From Trichoplax adhaerens (lineage: Eukaryota > Animalia > Placozoa), in assembly GCF_000150275.1 (NCBI RefSeq), contig NW_002060949.1:5809535-5873534 (forward strand): a stretch of 64,000 nt of DNA. The letters run 5' to 3'. The position numbers and the translations under genes are program-made. The notes under the pieces were generated by a model. That model worked only from the letters and a program-made list of their open reading frames with translations. It was not told the DNA's origin and ran no database searches. Below are positions 13,201-27,929 of the stretch, in pieces (positions within the stretch are counted from its first letter, which is position 1; every line of letters starts with the position of its first letter).

Positions 13201-15698
13201 TCAATATTAAACCGCTCTAATATCTATATATACACGTATATACAGTTGACCGAAAACTATATTAACAGTCCTACCTTGCATTAGATAGATGCCGATCGAT
13301 ATAAAGCTTCAGTAACTAGAAGATTTATCGTAATAATCGCTAATAAACCTCGAAATGATCGAAGTCCTTCTAGAAAGTATCTCAGAAAGAGGCTGTGACA
13401 TAAAGAGTAACCCTAGCAGTTTTCCGGAAAGCCCCGTAGTAAATACCCTTTTCCCGTCTTGGATCGATATTGATCCATATGAAATATTAATAATGTTAGG
13501 TGTTAAGCTTTAAAGAGTTAAAGAATTCAAAAGAGGATTTCGCTATGAAGGCAATTTATTTTGCTGATCTTAATCTAATTCTACGCGCAATACATGTGCC
13601 CTTATTACTGCGTTTATCATTAATAAATAGGACAGCTGAAGATCCCTTTTAAATCTAAATAGGAATATTAAACTATAAATAGTACCTTCCGATTTATTTA
13701 TTTATCGAATTTGCACATCTTGATGACTCTTTTAATACTCAGTCATTTAGAGCTAGCAAATAGTGCAGTAAACAGTTTTTCTATCAGGGGAAATTATTGA
13801 AAAAAATACATGCGTTTTATTGATTACTGTACCTTTGCAAGAAGTAATATAACCAATATAAAACAGCCGATTACTATAAATATGATAGCAGGAAAGATAT
13901 GTGACCTAGGCTAGAATTCAATCTTGGAAAATAGTGACAGATTTATGGCATAATGTATGGTATATTATGAAAAATCGAATGACAGCTACATCAGTAAGAA
14001 TAATATTTAGTCGACGATTAAAATTTCTATTAATTCATTTTTCCATATGTGATATTAGTATTTAAACGCAAAATACGATAGTCATTTCTTAATAATGGTT
14101 GCTATTCAACTTTAAGAACTAAAAAAGAGAAATACCCACACAGTGGTGGTACTGATATCATACATGAATAGAATTTAGAAATAGAGAGTAAATAAATTCC
14201 AGGCTTTATCGCTTATGTAACGAGAAAAGGAAGAATATTTGTAAATGTAAGCCAGGATATGTCGAAAATTGGTGCTAATTAATTAATTATTATGTACCAT
14301 GGATAAATATTGAAATTGTGCATTCATTTAGAGATCATTTATAGTGCATTTTAATACTCTAGGAATTTTTCGATATAGTTTTTGTGCTACTAACATAGCT
14401 AATAAAAACTTTCCTGCTAGGTATAGTTACAGTTATGATGAAATTATATTATTCTGTTTGCAAGCTTAAAACTCTACAGTTACGTAATGAATTTCCAGCG
14501 AAGATTAATTCGATTAGATTGTGATGAAATCATAATGTTACGATATATGTACAACTTAATCAAGTTTAAATGATATCGTTAACAATGAGTTCTCAGCGAA
14601 AAATTATCTAATACAGAGCTATAAGTGCTTAATTATCATAGAGAGGAAAGAGAGAAGAGAACATAAAGCGACTGTCGAATCTAAAGCTACGGTATATTAG
14701 TCTACGATGATCGATTCATTTTTAATGGATAGGAAGGTTTAAATTATCATCATATTAATATGATCGGCATAGAGCAATTATATAGATAATCTAACAGAAT
14801 TAATTATAATGACAAATGAAGTATGAAATTGATTCGATATGGCTAAATTTTTAATGTTAATCTATCCTCCATATTATTCTCTCCTACGCCTATCATCACT
14901 TTCTTTCACTTTTCGTGGCTGGCTAATTTAAGAGAATAATTAATCGATATTAGGCTATCGATTATCGTTGTTCATAATAGCATACAAAATTAATTAATTA
15001 ATGATGGAGCTTTGAGATAGACTTACTGCTATTGCGATATCATTTTATGCTCAAAAATAGAAAAACTGAATCGATTAAGATCGCTAGTATACGATCGGTA
15101 ATAGTGTACAAATAGAGCAAAAGTTTCCATGACATCTTACTCAATCTCATTGTAAAATAATGAATCTATAAAAAAATTTAAATAATGTAGCAGGGTAAGT
15201 TATAACTTCTATGGAAGAGTTAAAGTTGATTGAACTAGAGCCTTGACTTGCAATCATCCAGTTAAAATAGATTCGATTAAAAACCTTTCTATGTTAACTT
15301 GCCATCATTATATCAATATAGTTAGACATATTATTCTGTGCAGAATGATTGCTTACTATAATATTTAATTAGTCAAAACGTAGATGAAATGAATTAAGCG
15401 TGTATGTAATAAAGGAGTAGAGCAAAAATAACGGTTTAAATTCATCGGTTGAGACAAAATTAAGACGAAATAATCCTACAGCACTAACAGATAGCATTAT
15501 TCTGTTTTGGAAGTAAATGGTACGGATAAGAGTTGTCATGATCTATTGCATACCAATCCATAATGCATTCTTTCCTACTTCCTTTCCTACGATAGGGAAT
15601 ACTGCAATTTGTTTAATATTTAAAAAGCCATGGATAATGACGGTTTGTATTCTATCATAATAGAAGGCCAATGTATTCGTTGTCGTTGTTGAAGAAAA

Positions 15699-16658
15699 TT
15701 AAGGAGTCTTAATTTGAGGTAAATGCATTTTGGAATTTTCTGCTGTTGTTCGAACCGCCATAAACGGTAATGCTAACTTAGCACGTTGTTCACCTTGAGC
15801 ATAAGAAGATCTTCTAAAATACCTTTTCGATTTATCAGGATCGGAAACAATTTCATGGATGGCTGGATTATTCTTCATTCCATATAGCTTTTCAGCTGAT
15901 TTTCTCCTTATGTAATGGATGTCTCGTACTTTTTTCTCTCGAGATACTTCCGATCCTATGGTGGAACTACGTGGTCGAGCAAGTAAGAATTTTTCATCCA
16001 TTTCAGCGGTTAAATGATTAACTTGAGAATTGATAATCTTATTATTAGTATCGGTGACGGTGACTGTAGTTGTTGTTTCTTTTGCAGTTGGTGATGTTGT
16101 TTCTTTTTGATTCGGAGATGATGTTTCTCTTCGATTTAGAGATTGATTAAGAGACGAGGATCTAGGTATCCCTTTACCTAGGCTATGAAGTCGTTGTCTA
16201 GAGCGACCAGTTGAATTACTTCTTGGTCGGACTTTTGCCTCTTCTTCATTATTCAATGATGGATCAGACGTTGTCCTATCAGCAATAGCATGATTTACTA
16301 TATCAGGATTCGATGCATAATTGCTATTGCTACCGCGTCTTGATGAATATTTGGCGCATGTAACATTGCTATTAGCAACGACCATACTTTGCGATCGAGG
16401 TCTCATCATAGCAGATGATTTATCTTGGCTAGTTCCAGCAATCGCTGCTACTGCTTTAACACTTCGAAGTAGACTGGCTTTCTCTTTAGCCATTTTTTTT
16501 TTTAAGGCTTGAGTATTCTTATCATATTTCTCTAGTTGTTTTTGTAATTGCCTATCATATAAACTATTCATGGATAGGATCTCATCGGAATATTCGCTCC
16601 TAGAACGGACAACGCTAACTGGCATATTTTTCAATGTTAGTGATGACCGAACACTCAT
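15699..16658 (-). CDS. Intronless 319-aa basic, Ser/Thr-rich, largely disordered protein with N-terminal coiled coil; function unknown
   Basis: 960-bp ORF in ~70% AT DNA; heptad-like segment LYDRQLQKQLEKYDKNTQALKKKMAKEKASLL; repeated RPRS motifs. Confidence 0.8.
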   Translation of the reverse strand: MSVRSSLTLKNMPVSVVRSRSEYSDEILSMNSLYDRQLQKQLEKYDKNTQALKKKMAKEKASLLRSVKAVAAIAGTSQDKSSAMMRPRSQSMVVANSNVTCAKYSSRRGSNSNYASNPDIVNHAIADRTTSDPSLNNEEEAKVRPRSNSTGRSRQRLHSLGKGIPRSSSLNQSLNRRETSSPNQKETTSPTAKETTTTVTVTDTNNKIINSQVNHLTAEMDEKFLLARPRSSTIGSEVSREKKVRDIHYIRRKSAEKLYGMKNNPAIHEIVSDPDKSKRYFRRSSYAQGEQRAKLALPFMAVRTTAENSKMHLPQIKTP

Positions 16659-18579
16659 GATTTTTCTTGTGTGGTAATATCAATGCAATCAATAAATTCT
16701 ACTTGACTTTTAGAATTGATTCTTTCTGTCTTACACGATTGAAAATTTTTTCTTTAATAGTCTATCAATTTGTATAATCAAGACAAAATAATCATAATGA
16801 TCAATGCTTAAAGGCATTGACTACTTGTTTAATCAATTGAAATACTGAACCCCATAAATTAATCATTAATTTAGTGTAGCTAAAATGAATTAGCTGATCA
16901 ATACGGGGGGACAAGAAGCGAGAGAACTGGATGGCTTAGTGGCCAATCTTGTCGGTAGTATTATTCCCTAGTAAAAGATGAAAGAAAAATCAACAAGCGA
17001 AATGATTTCATTCGTAAACACAACATTGACTATGTAAAAAAGAGAAGAAAAGAGAGAGAAAATAGGCCAACTTTCAATATATGAATTAATCCAGATCGGA
17101 AAAAAAAAAAAATAGACTGATCGAGTCAGAACTCATGACAACATTATGGCTATCCTCAATTCAAAGTAGTTCAACATAAATCCACGACTGATTTAAACTC
17201 GTGAATTGGAAATTGAAATTACTTTTAATGATCTGTCGACGATGGTAGCTGAATGTTAGCGATAATAGGTCGGTGAAATAGCAGATATTGACTATCAGGT
17301 TGGACAGGGGAAAAGCGAAGGAGGAATGAAATGAACGTATTATGACTGATGATTTCTTCTATAACCACTGACTTTCATTGAATATTCATGCAAAAATAAA
17401 ACCTTAATACAATCAATATGTTGATGACTTCTTTAAATGCTAATCAAATCCAACTTCTGTTATGTTTTATACGTACATCATTTCCAAATCAGACTATTGT
17501 CGGCTAGCATTCAAATTTACTCAACTATTATTATCTTTCAACTTCGTTTAAATAGGCAGCAACAATGGTGGGTGTTATTGATCAACCCGACTTAAGATCC
17601 AGCCTTTTATTTCCGTTGATAGTGACAGCATGACTTCCTTTTGAATTAAAATTGCCAACATGTATTGACAAAAATAGAATAACATACTGTCCTATTCTCA
17701 TAGTGAATAGTTAGAAAATGAAATAAAATGTTGGGGATTGATTGAAGCGCCTTGGTAAATATTCTTTCGAGTCGAGATTAAATTTTGATCAGGCCATGTT
17801 GCGAAAGTATTTTCCACTAAAATCTATAAACTCTTACTTATATTGCCGTATATGATGATGAGTAGTTTCTATCTTATTGATGGAATATGGTCAACTATCC
17901 ATGATCGATTGTAGAATTTTCTCTTCTATTGAAATAGACAACGAGTCAAAGGAAAAAACAAGTAAACTAGAATAAAAGTATAGAATAAGGTTAATGTTAG
18001 CAACAGAAGAATACATCATGACAGGGCAATATAAAGGATCACCATGTAATTTGATATCATGTTGATCAATTCAATGCGTTACTTGACGACTATAGACGGC
18101 GAACTGTGAATTTCTTTCTATTCATGTTGAATTTCTATGACTTGAATTGAGTTTTTCTACTTTCTTCCTCGTAAATTGATCTTTTTAACCTTAGTCAACG
18201 TCTATGCCCAAATAGAATGATTTATTCTAGGTGAGAAAAATATGGATAAAGAATAAACTACCGTAATCGATTGTCCTATTAAATTAACTATCCATTACAA
18301 TAAACATGGAACTATTCTGGTCGAAATTATCCAATTTTCTACCCATTCATTCATTTGATGCTACTATAGATTTTATTGACAGTGTCGGATAGTAACGAGA
18401 GATTAAATTTTACCTTGGAACTCAGCTTAAATTATTCTAAAATTCATTTATGAATTCTTCTATGATCGGAGATTGTTACTACTAAATAGTTGATCGATGA
18501 TTAAATATTCTAGCGTTCATTCTAATATTTGGACACGGTTGAAACATATACAAAACCTTTGCTTCATAAAGGAAATAGT

Positions 18580-18735
18580 AATGTGAAAAATTGGACTATT
18601 TCAATTTTCTCATACACCTTTGAAAAAGTAATACAAAACTTGTGCTTCATATTAGGAAAATATCAATGTGAAAAATAAAAAGTCGAATATTTAAACTTCT
18701 TATACACTACTGAAAAAGAATATAAAACTTCTAGA
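18580..18735. repeat. Degenerate ~85-bp tandem duplication
   Basis: aatgtgaaaaa...tacac...tgaaaaag..ata.aaaactt occurs at ~18580 and ~18665. Confidence 0.5.
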
Positions 18736-21700
18736 CAATACTAGCAATGATAGAAGTCTCTGGACGATAATAATTCATTGAGGGTGCGGTACATAAAAGA
18801 TGCAGATCAAGTAGATAATTTTAATCAAATATTTGCAGGATTAAACAATTATAGGCAATAAAATCTTTCCATTCCAATTCAAGCTTAAATTGCACTTATA
18901 ATATTAAAGGTTGTAGAATAAATAAGTGAAATTAGATTTTCAATCGATTTTCTCTTCCGATTTTTAACGTTTAGCCAATATATTATGTTGGTTATTGTTG
19001 AACGGAAGGAGAATTCATTTAGAATTCATTTAGCGGTAAAATGTTTTCCTTCCGATTCTCATTGGATTGTACAATATCTAGGATAGGGTTAAGTGAAAGA
19101 TTAAAAAATTATTGATGAAATTGGATCGAGTTTATCAACTCTTTTCCTTATGATTCAGACTCTTAGACTGCAATATTTCGCTTATTTCCTAAATGCAAAG
19201 TAGCATCAACGATTTCTCATAGGTTTATCCTAGAAAGAAAATAAATAGAATACAATAGATCCTTTCATTACCAAAGACATGCAGATATTGATATCATTGA
19301 ATAGAAAGGATGAGAAGGAATAGCATAGTATTACATCACTTCGATCTACTATAAATTAAATATTATGAGAATTTTCAATGATAGGCAATCGCTGATAGTG
19401 ATACCCCCATTTTTATTGCTAGGAAATAATCGATAACTGATGGCTAATAATAATAATAACATTTTATTACTAGGAAATAACTAAATGATGATAAACTTTA
19501 TTCTTTTATTGCAAGTTACAAATAGATTGATGGTAGCTGAATGGATTAATGCATAGTAGACATTGGTTTTTTACCATAGCCTCGTTGGCTATATTAATTC
19601 CTCAATGATCATCAAAACAGGAAACAAAATAGACGATACTCATCGTGGAAGCTCGATTAATTCATCTATAGTATACCAGTTGCTGATATCATTACCATTT
19701 TTCTAGGCTACGGTATTATTCCCTATAAATAGGAATAAATCAAAATAAAAATGATCCACTAATCGCATTATAATTAATTTACCCTTATAGTGCTCAAATT
19801 GGCACTGTATTACATTATGATGTAAATTAATGTTATACCTTTTCTTGACTATAGTACTAGCTGAACAAAGTAAGAATACTCTCTAATTCACATAGTATTC
19901 CTAAAGTCAATACATGATTGTCCATGATTGATTCCAATTTGTGCAATTAAATCAAGAATAGAATCAATTCTCTATTTAGGTCTATTTCTTTCGATATACC
20001 ATACCGATCAAATAATAGTCTGATTTCTACCAATTCAATAATGATGACATGATGACTTTTCATGATGAGTTTATACTCTAGGGATGATCCAGATGGTTTC
20101 ATATCATTGGATAGCAATTCTATTTCTGTTAATGTCTTAATCAATAAATGAAATTATTGTATTTATTTTCTCTAGATAACATAAATTTTTTAAAATAAGT
20201 ACTCATACTTCTATTTATTCTGAAGAATGGAAATAATGCTCGCATTTGTTATGTTTATCATCGGCTTAGTCAATAATATTTTTAAAATTGTCTGCAAGGT
20301 AATAATCAAGAAGTAGTATTAACAATAAATGCTTAAAGAATCCAAATTTCTCTCCCTTATCACACTTGATTTCCAAATAATATCGGATAATACCGCAAAA
20401 TACTCCTAGTTATTAATATTACATATACTTCATTCGATCTTGATAATTACTATTGGTTATTAAATTATTTTTACCATCATGTCTCTGCATATTCTTTGTT
20501 ATTTGTTGATCTATCTTTCGTTTTTATATTATTTTAATGCTAACTTTAATATTCATAATACTACAGATGCATTAATAACCAAATCTTCGTTCTTCAATTT
20601 CTTTAAAAAATAATATCAGGTAATGCCATAGATACTCCTAATAGGTAGTATTAACGCTTAAGAATCTTTCTTAAACGGTGGCCATTCTAAACTTAATAAA
20701 TTTCATTTGGTCGTTATTTGATGGGATTATACATAACTGTATCTTTTGGTATTTTATTATTATGATGCTAACTTACTGTAAGTATCCTACATATCAAATT
20801 ATTATTAATTTCAAGAGAAAATGACTTTAAAAGTTACATAATTGTATCTCCTAATAGCTATAATTATAAATTCTTTCATATGAACTACAGAGGTTGGCTA
20901 CAACAAGATATTTATTTAATAACTAGCATAAAAAAACATCCGTTTAAAGAATGAGACACTAACATAAAATATTATCTGATTGGATCTAGATGATGTAAAA
21001 TCATATAATTCAATCTGCTGCAACTGTCTGTATAAGGTTATAGTATATAACAATAATGCTATACACAAAAGGTTATAGCTATAAAATATTCCCGACAGGT
21101 TATTTTTATAAATATTTATGCCATTAAATAAAAGTACTTTGCGTAAACGTAGCAAAAGCAGCCATTCAATTATATAAAAGTAGAAATAGTAAGAGAGCGA
21201 TTGTATGGACATTTCATAATACCGGTCCTACAATGCAAATGGAGATGAAATAAATAACTTTCAGAATCTAAGTAACTATAAATTATTGTAAAAACTTAAC
21301 TATAGGGCTATTAGTTGGACCATATTACTATGAAATGGCCGTCGCTTTCTTTATCATTCTCTGATCGAGCTGCTGTTGCACTTTCATCAAATTTACGAAG
21401 AGTAAATCATTCCGTTCTTGAACTGTTAACACTTACTGGTAGTAAGTTAGTAATATAAATGCATTCTCTATTATACTAGATGGAGATCCTAAATTAAAGA
21501 CAATTTTAAATGTAGTTCAACATCACTACAGTGCTTACTCCTGGTATGAGAGTTCATTTTATGATCTACGATACGTAATGCTTAATATTTGGAATAGTAA
21601 CCTACTATGCCGCAAAGATATGCTAAACTATTGTGCCTGTAACTAAATACAAACCTTACTATAATTAGGAAAATTTCATATCATGGTGTAAATATAAAAT

Positions 21701-22919
21701 AGTATAGACAGAATACAGTCTTAATAATACTCATATAACGAGATCGCTATAAAATCTACTCCATAGGTGAAGAAATCATTTAATTTTCAGGTTACAACAG
21801 ATTTGTATACGTAGTTCGCATTTGTATTATCCAAATGTTGTAGCGACTTTTATATATACATCAAATGGCGTGGAGATATAATACTTGAATGATCGAATGC
21901 AACTTAAAAAAATTGGCGTTAATAACAATAATAATAATAATCAAACTTAAAGCTATCGTAGTGCTGTATATCTATTTATCGAAACGGACGTAAAAATAAT
22001 TAATGATATCTACAGTAAGAATAAGTAATTATAAACCATTTGTGTAATGGAACATTAAAGATCAGTATTCAACGAGTTACAATGTCGTATTGTGACAAAT
22101 AAGAAATAAATACCTTAATTAACATGACATACTAATAAGATTCTTCACACACAAAAATACCCTTCATTAAGCAGAAATAAATTGAAGGTATCAAATCAAC
22201 TGTTCCGTCTGTAATCTATTTAAATAACAGCGTAAAAACGAAATATTTGTATAGTTGTGTCTACATAAATTATTGCATAATGAGGCCGTCTAGCTGTCTT
22301 GAAGGTGACATCTACCCATGACGTTTGTTCTCTATTGCGATAATAGATCAACAGGAAGCAGAAATAATATAAAACAACATTATCATTTACACTTTTCCAT
22401 CATAATGTAACAACTACGTTCAACATGACGTCAATTTTTAAACCAATTTCCTCACAATGTACCCAATCAAACTAACGCTGTTATGATACGTCATGTGAAA
22501 TATCAGTTTGCTATCTCTGTTATAATGCAGTAGAAGTATTTCCTTTCATAAATACATACATAACGAAAGATTAATAAGATATACATGTACTGTACGTACA
22601 AAAAACAACAATGCCAGTTAATACGGTGTAATCATCCTAATGGGTACTAGTAGCTTAATAGTAAAATTGATCAAGTATTCATTTAATGTAATTAAATTTA
22701 AACATTTTTTCCTGCAGAAATTCGGCTACATTGTAAACAACACAGTTTAAAAGTTAATATGTAGGTACAGTTGTAAAAGTGGTCTGATCTGTAATTTATT
22801 CATTGAAATAATATTAATTTACGATTATTCTATCATACGAGTACTACATCAGAAATTCGCATTAGCTGTTTACAATTAAGCTACGTCATTCACTTTAGGT
22901 TTAATATTGATCAATAAAG

Positions 22920-25900
22920 TTAAGTAGAACTCTTAAACTTTCTCGCTTGCTGAGCTTGCAGGTTTGATGTGGAATGACCCTCATTACTACTATATGAACC
23001 CGAGTCTCGTCTTGACATAGTCTTACTTTGTGTTTTTTTAAGTTTTTCAATCAGTTCCGGAGGTAATGCACGCTTTTCAACAACATAGTATAAGGTATCT
23101 TTGGTGATTGGCATTAATATACTATTACAAACAGCTATAAAAATAAAATATACCAACAATATCAATTATATTGCTTTCTACTGGATAATATCATTCTATC
23201 TGTACGCGCATATAAAGATCGTTTACCTATAAATGTACTGTGAGCATTAGGGAAGGCTTTATCTTCACGAATTCTGAGAATTTTCCAAGTTCTAGTTTTG
23301 CCATCTAAACAACATTCCACAATTTTACTATCGAATTTATTTAGGCCTTTACCCTATAAAATTTAAGGGCAATTAAGCGAAAATTAAAATTTTTATAATG
23401 TAGCACCAAATACGACCTGCATTAGAAAGAAGCCAGACCATTAAAAATAATATATATATAATATCTAGCTATAGTAGCATGTCAGTCACTAGTCTTACTG
23501 GAATAGTTGCTACATGGCGTTGTGAATTGCCATAGCCAACATGTAAACGCGCTTCTTTCGTAGGAAGGCAACTATAAGCAGTGAAGTCACAACAAATTTC
23601 ACACATTTTACGCGTATAAAATATATATATATTTTACGTAAGGTTTGTCTTGTAGATAAACTGAGAATAGGAAACGAAATTACTTTGCCTATATTACCCG
23701 TGTTTTTCAACTTTTACAAGATGGAGTTTGAAGTCTACAGTATTTAATTCAGCAGGCTTCCATTTAAGCACGGTGTCGCACCTCCCTGGTATATACGGCT
23801 GTAAGAAAAAAGCGTTTTCAATATTGCGTTACACTGCTATAAAGTTATATGAAAACAATTGTATCTGCTTACTTCGTCTTCCGGAGAAAATATTAAACCG
23901 TCTGTCTCATGAAATACCTTTTTTGTAAAGGTATCGAGGACCTGAACCGAAATTAAAAGTTAATAAATGTTCATTTCAATTTAAGAATGGCGACTATAAT
24001 AGACAAACAGGCTTACATATCTAGCATCTTTAGCATCAAAGAACTGCTTATTTCTGACACTAAATGTTTCCTTAGTTTTATCTACAATTCCACGAGCAGC
24101 CTGTAGTAACGAAAGAGAAATTATGAAGCAATGATGATATATACGTATAGGCAACAAAATATACGCGTATGAGTATATAAAATGTGGTTCATTAACAAGA
24201 TAGTACGATAGACTAATAAGAAAATATTTTCTTACTGCTTGATTTCGAGGACTAATAATTTCTTTCTCTATGATTGCCATGCGTTCTGATTGTTTTTTAT
24301 TACCAACATTTTCATCCTTGAAACATACACATTACGCAAGAAACAACTTTATTCATGGTAAAACGGTTTTAATTTTTTGAATTAAAATATTATTCAAAAA
24401 CTGTTAATATGGTCTACCTCGAAGCAAATGATATCATATATTAGATAACGGGGATAATATTGATCTCCATTTGGAGTGGAAACTTTATCGATGACCATCT
24501 CACCATCTAATAGGGTATTTTCGATATGGCTATTCAGATCAGATCCGCGAGGAAATTTTAAGTGAGGTATCTTGAATATGGAATTGTTTCGGTCGATCAT
24601 GTAGATTTCATCATTTTTATGTATTAACATCATATAACTAGGGAAATTTTTAACAAAAAAATAATTAGATGGAGTAACCCGCCAGTTAGCTATGCAACAT
24701 TTGAGCTTAACTCTTACCGAACACCATCTGCCTTCCAGCTTACTCGATACCTTCTATCTCTTAGTAATGTAATGTTATTATAAGTTAAAGATACCGGCTG
24801 GCTACCGGGAAATCCTCCCCTATAAATTATACATGCAACGATGTTAGTTTTTACTATGCGAAATAGTAAAGCATAACAACAGCTTTTTTAACATACTCCA
24901 TCCATCCACATTTCTCTTGACAAAGTTCTTGTAAATCAGACAATGATTGATCACGGACAGGCACTGGCCCTCTGACTCCTTCCATAAATTTAGGATCCTA
25001 TTGTAGAGTTACTAAGTTATCTATACGTATTTTATATCACATTGACTATAGGTATTGATCATGATAGCAAACTTGTGTTCTTATTCGATAATTTTACCGA
25101 AAAAGCGCAAATAGTAATAAAGACTAACCAAGATTAAATGCTCGTTACGCTTCCTCTTTTTTCGAGAAGATACAATCTCTTCGTCACTATGTGGATCCTC
25201 GTTGCACCATTCAGGCAATTCAGGCGCTGATATATAATCAAAGTCGCCATTTGGATCATACCGTTGCGCCAATTCTTTCATGTAATAACCTTTGTATATA
25301 CCAGGAGATCGAGCCTTTTAAAAATGATTACAGTAAACTAATTAGATAGAAGACACTCTTGGGGGATATTAATATCGAAATTTATAAAATATTTATGAAT
25401 GGTACAAGCACATTGCATGATAGCTATTTACTATAATATGTATGCATATATATGTATACATTAGAGCCGGCTATAAAATATTTAAATAATAGGTAAAATG
25501 TATGCTTACACTGGCGAATTCGCGTAAAGCGGCTTGGACACTAATAAAAGAATAATAATCCAATGTTGAGTATACGGCAGATTTAATAATTTAGGTATGT
25601 CAATAGGTCAGATACAAGAGAGTCTATGTACAGTACTTAAATGATATGTAAGGTACAATGTAAAGATTTGAGTATATAAGCAATAATAGAATGAGAAAAG
25701 CTTGAAGGTGTATAATACTATTGCACTGAAATTAACACCTAGTAAATACTTTGTACCGAACTTACAACATTATTATTATCACACTGCTTTTATGTTAACG
25801 TTGAACTAGTTAGAATGCGTCTTCCTAAAGGGTAATACCACTTGCGTAATTGTAATCATTTATGAGCAGCATACCTCCAGTCTTCTTTTTCTATCAGATA

Positions 25901-27219
25901 ACAACATATTAAGAATCCTGTTCTATTGAATCCATGGGTACAGTGGATACCTTGAGGTGATAAAAAACAAACTCTAAAGTGTGGACTATTATAAATTATA
26001 AACTATTGGAATATCAACAAATGAATAAATTGAAACGAATTGTAATTATTTTAAGGATGTTATGAAATTATAGATTTACTATTAGTAGTGTAGAACTATA
26101 ATCCATCTACAGTACTATCAGATAGACGAAATATGGAAATAATTTTGATATTGATTAAGATCGAATCATAACCGTGATACAAAAGCTGACTATAATTACG
26201 CATGACATGCTATCTGGTCTTCAATCTCACCAATTACGCTATTAGGATTATTTTGAATAAATTTCATGCATATTTCGATGAAAAGTGTGCATTGGTCAGG
26301 AGAAGGAACCTCACCATGACTAGTGGAATAAATATTTAAAAAAGTTTAGCAAACAAGTTGTAATTAAAGAGATAGCATGACTATCATCAGTGTGTAGGTA
26401 AGCCAACTGATTGGATTATTAAAGTACAACTTTTAGTAGCAGTTTATGCTTCATTTTATTGTGGTAACGCGTTACTTCATGACCGTTAAATGTGAATTAA
26501 TTAGGCATAATTACAACAATTTACCCTTTTAATCTTAATTTTAAGTAACCAGCATTATTGGATTCTACTTCGCTTTTACTATAAAAGCGATCAGTGTTGG
26601 TTAAGTCAATGATCAATCCCAAATTGATCTATAATCATGGGGTAGAAGAATAAAAATATTAATTTATAGACATGATTTGATACATTCGCATAGTTGTCTA
26701 CTTTGATATGCAATGAAGTTAATAAACTGGTGTTCAATTAATGTAGTTGGTATGTCTTATTTCACTCTATAACGTTGTATTAACAGTAAAATTATGCAGT
26801 ATCGAAGTTGTAGATGATACTTAAGATTTAACTGTAGTATACTTTAAGATAACAGTCTACGTCATATTCCTACATTAAAAAATAGATTCAAGTAAAATTT
26901 TAAAATTCTAGCTAACCTTGTATGCGTTAGTAAATTGAAAGAGCATATTGATATCGAATCGATCCTCAATAGGAATTTGTTCGTTGTATCTACTATCCAG
27001 AGGTACTTTAAAAGGTAAAAATTTGCCTATAATATGCAAAGACAACAAAGAATGGGGAATCGCAAACATTGAGCATTTAGCATGGCTGCAGCAAGGATAA
27101 ATTGTTGTTTTAACTTGGCTGTTGAAGATATTGTACGAACCTGCAACGACGTTTCCACGACGTGGGCATTTCAACCATCTCGGTGGTATCGGTAGTGAAA
27201 ACTTGTCAGAAGTAGACAT
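22920..27219 (-). CDS. RNGTT: Bifunctional mRNA capping enzyme (RNA triphosphatase + guanylyltransferase), ~16 exons
   Basis: [31 protein letters not shown], triphosphatase P-loop [21 protein letters not shown], guanylyltransferase motif [46 protein letters not shown]. Confidence 0.97.
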
Positions 27220-27551
27220 TTTTGTTGTTCTCTCTTATTCAATGCTTGTTACTACAACCATAATATTGACGATATAATAGTGTTGCAATCTAGATTTAAC
27301 AACAAACGCAAAACCATTGTACAAGTTAAGATATTGTTCTTCTTATTGGCGTCGAGAATGACATCTACAATCAACGCTTTGCAAATTGTATCATTGCATC
27401 CATGTATGTACATCCTATTATAAGACATGTAGTAGTAAGTGCAGCTGCTTACCAAAGATTAGTTGATTAATAAATGATCGTTCTTGCAAAGATCCAATAC
27501 TCCGTAGTACATTCAATGCTGTGGAACTGCCTCACACTTGAGCAAAATGTT

Positions 27552-27601
27552 NNNNNNNNNNNNNNNNNNNNNNNNNNNNNNNNNNNNNNNNNNNNNNNNN
27601 N
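27552..27601. other. Assembly gap (50 N)
   Basis: Run of n characters. Confidence 1.
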
Positions 27602-27929
27602 ATCATGCTTCATCAATTTTCAAGGGGGAAAGTCCAAATTGTAGAAGATAACTGATCTTCAGCAAGTTAATTTCATCCAAGAGACATAAGTAGGATTTTT
27701 CTCACTGAAGGATTTTCCACTCGTCACGATAACCAGTGTCAATATCGCTTGCTGTGAGTGGTGACCAATTGGTTAGCCTTGTTCGTTTTCCTAGGTCAGA
27801 TTGCTTGACATGGTATCAAAACGAGTGTTATGAATGAGTATGCTGTCCTAGGCTTGCGTCACTCTCCTCGTCGTCTAGTGACTGGTCGTACTGAGTTTGC
27901 TCACATCAGAACAATCAAGAACCAGTGTC

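Noticed and set aside
21306-21881. Possible plus-strand three-exon ~89-aa ORF (MKWPSLSLSFSDRAAVAL...)
   Set aside because: Needs a 38-nt intron, shorter than any other intron here (about 60 nt or more), and has no recognisable homology.
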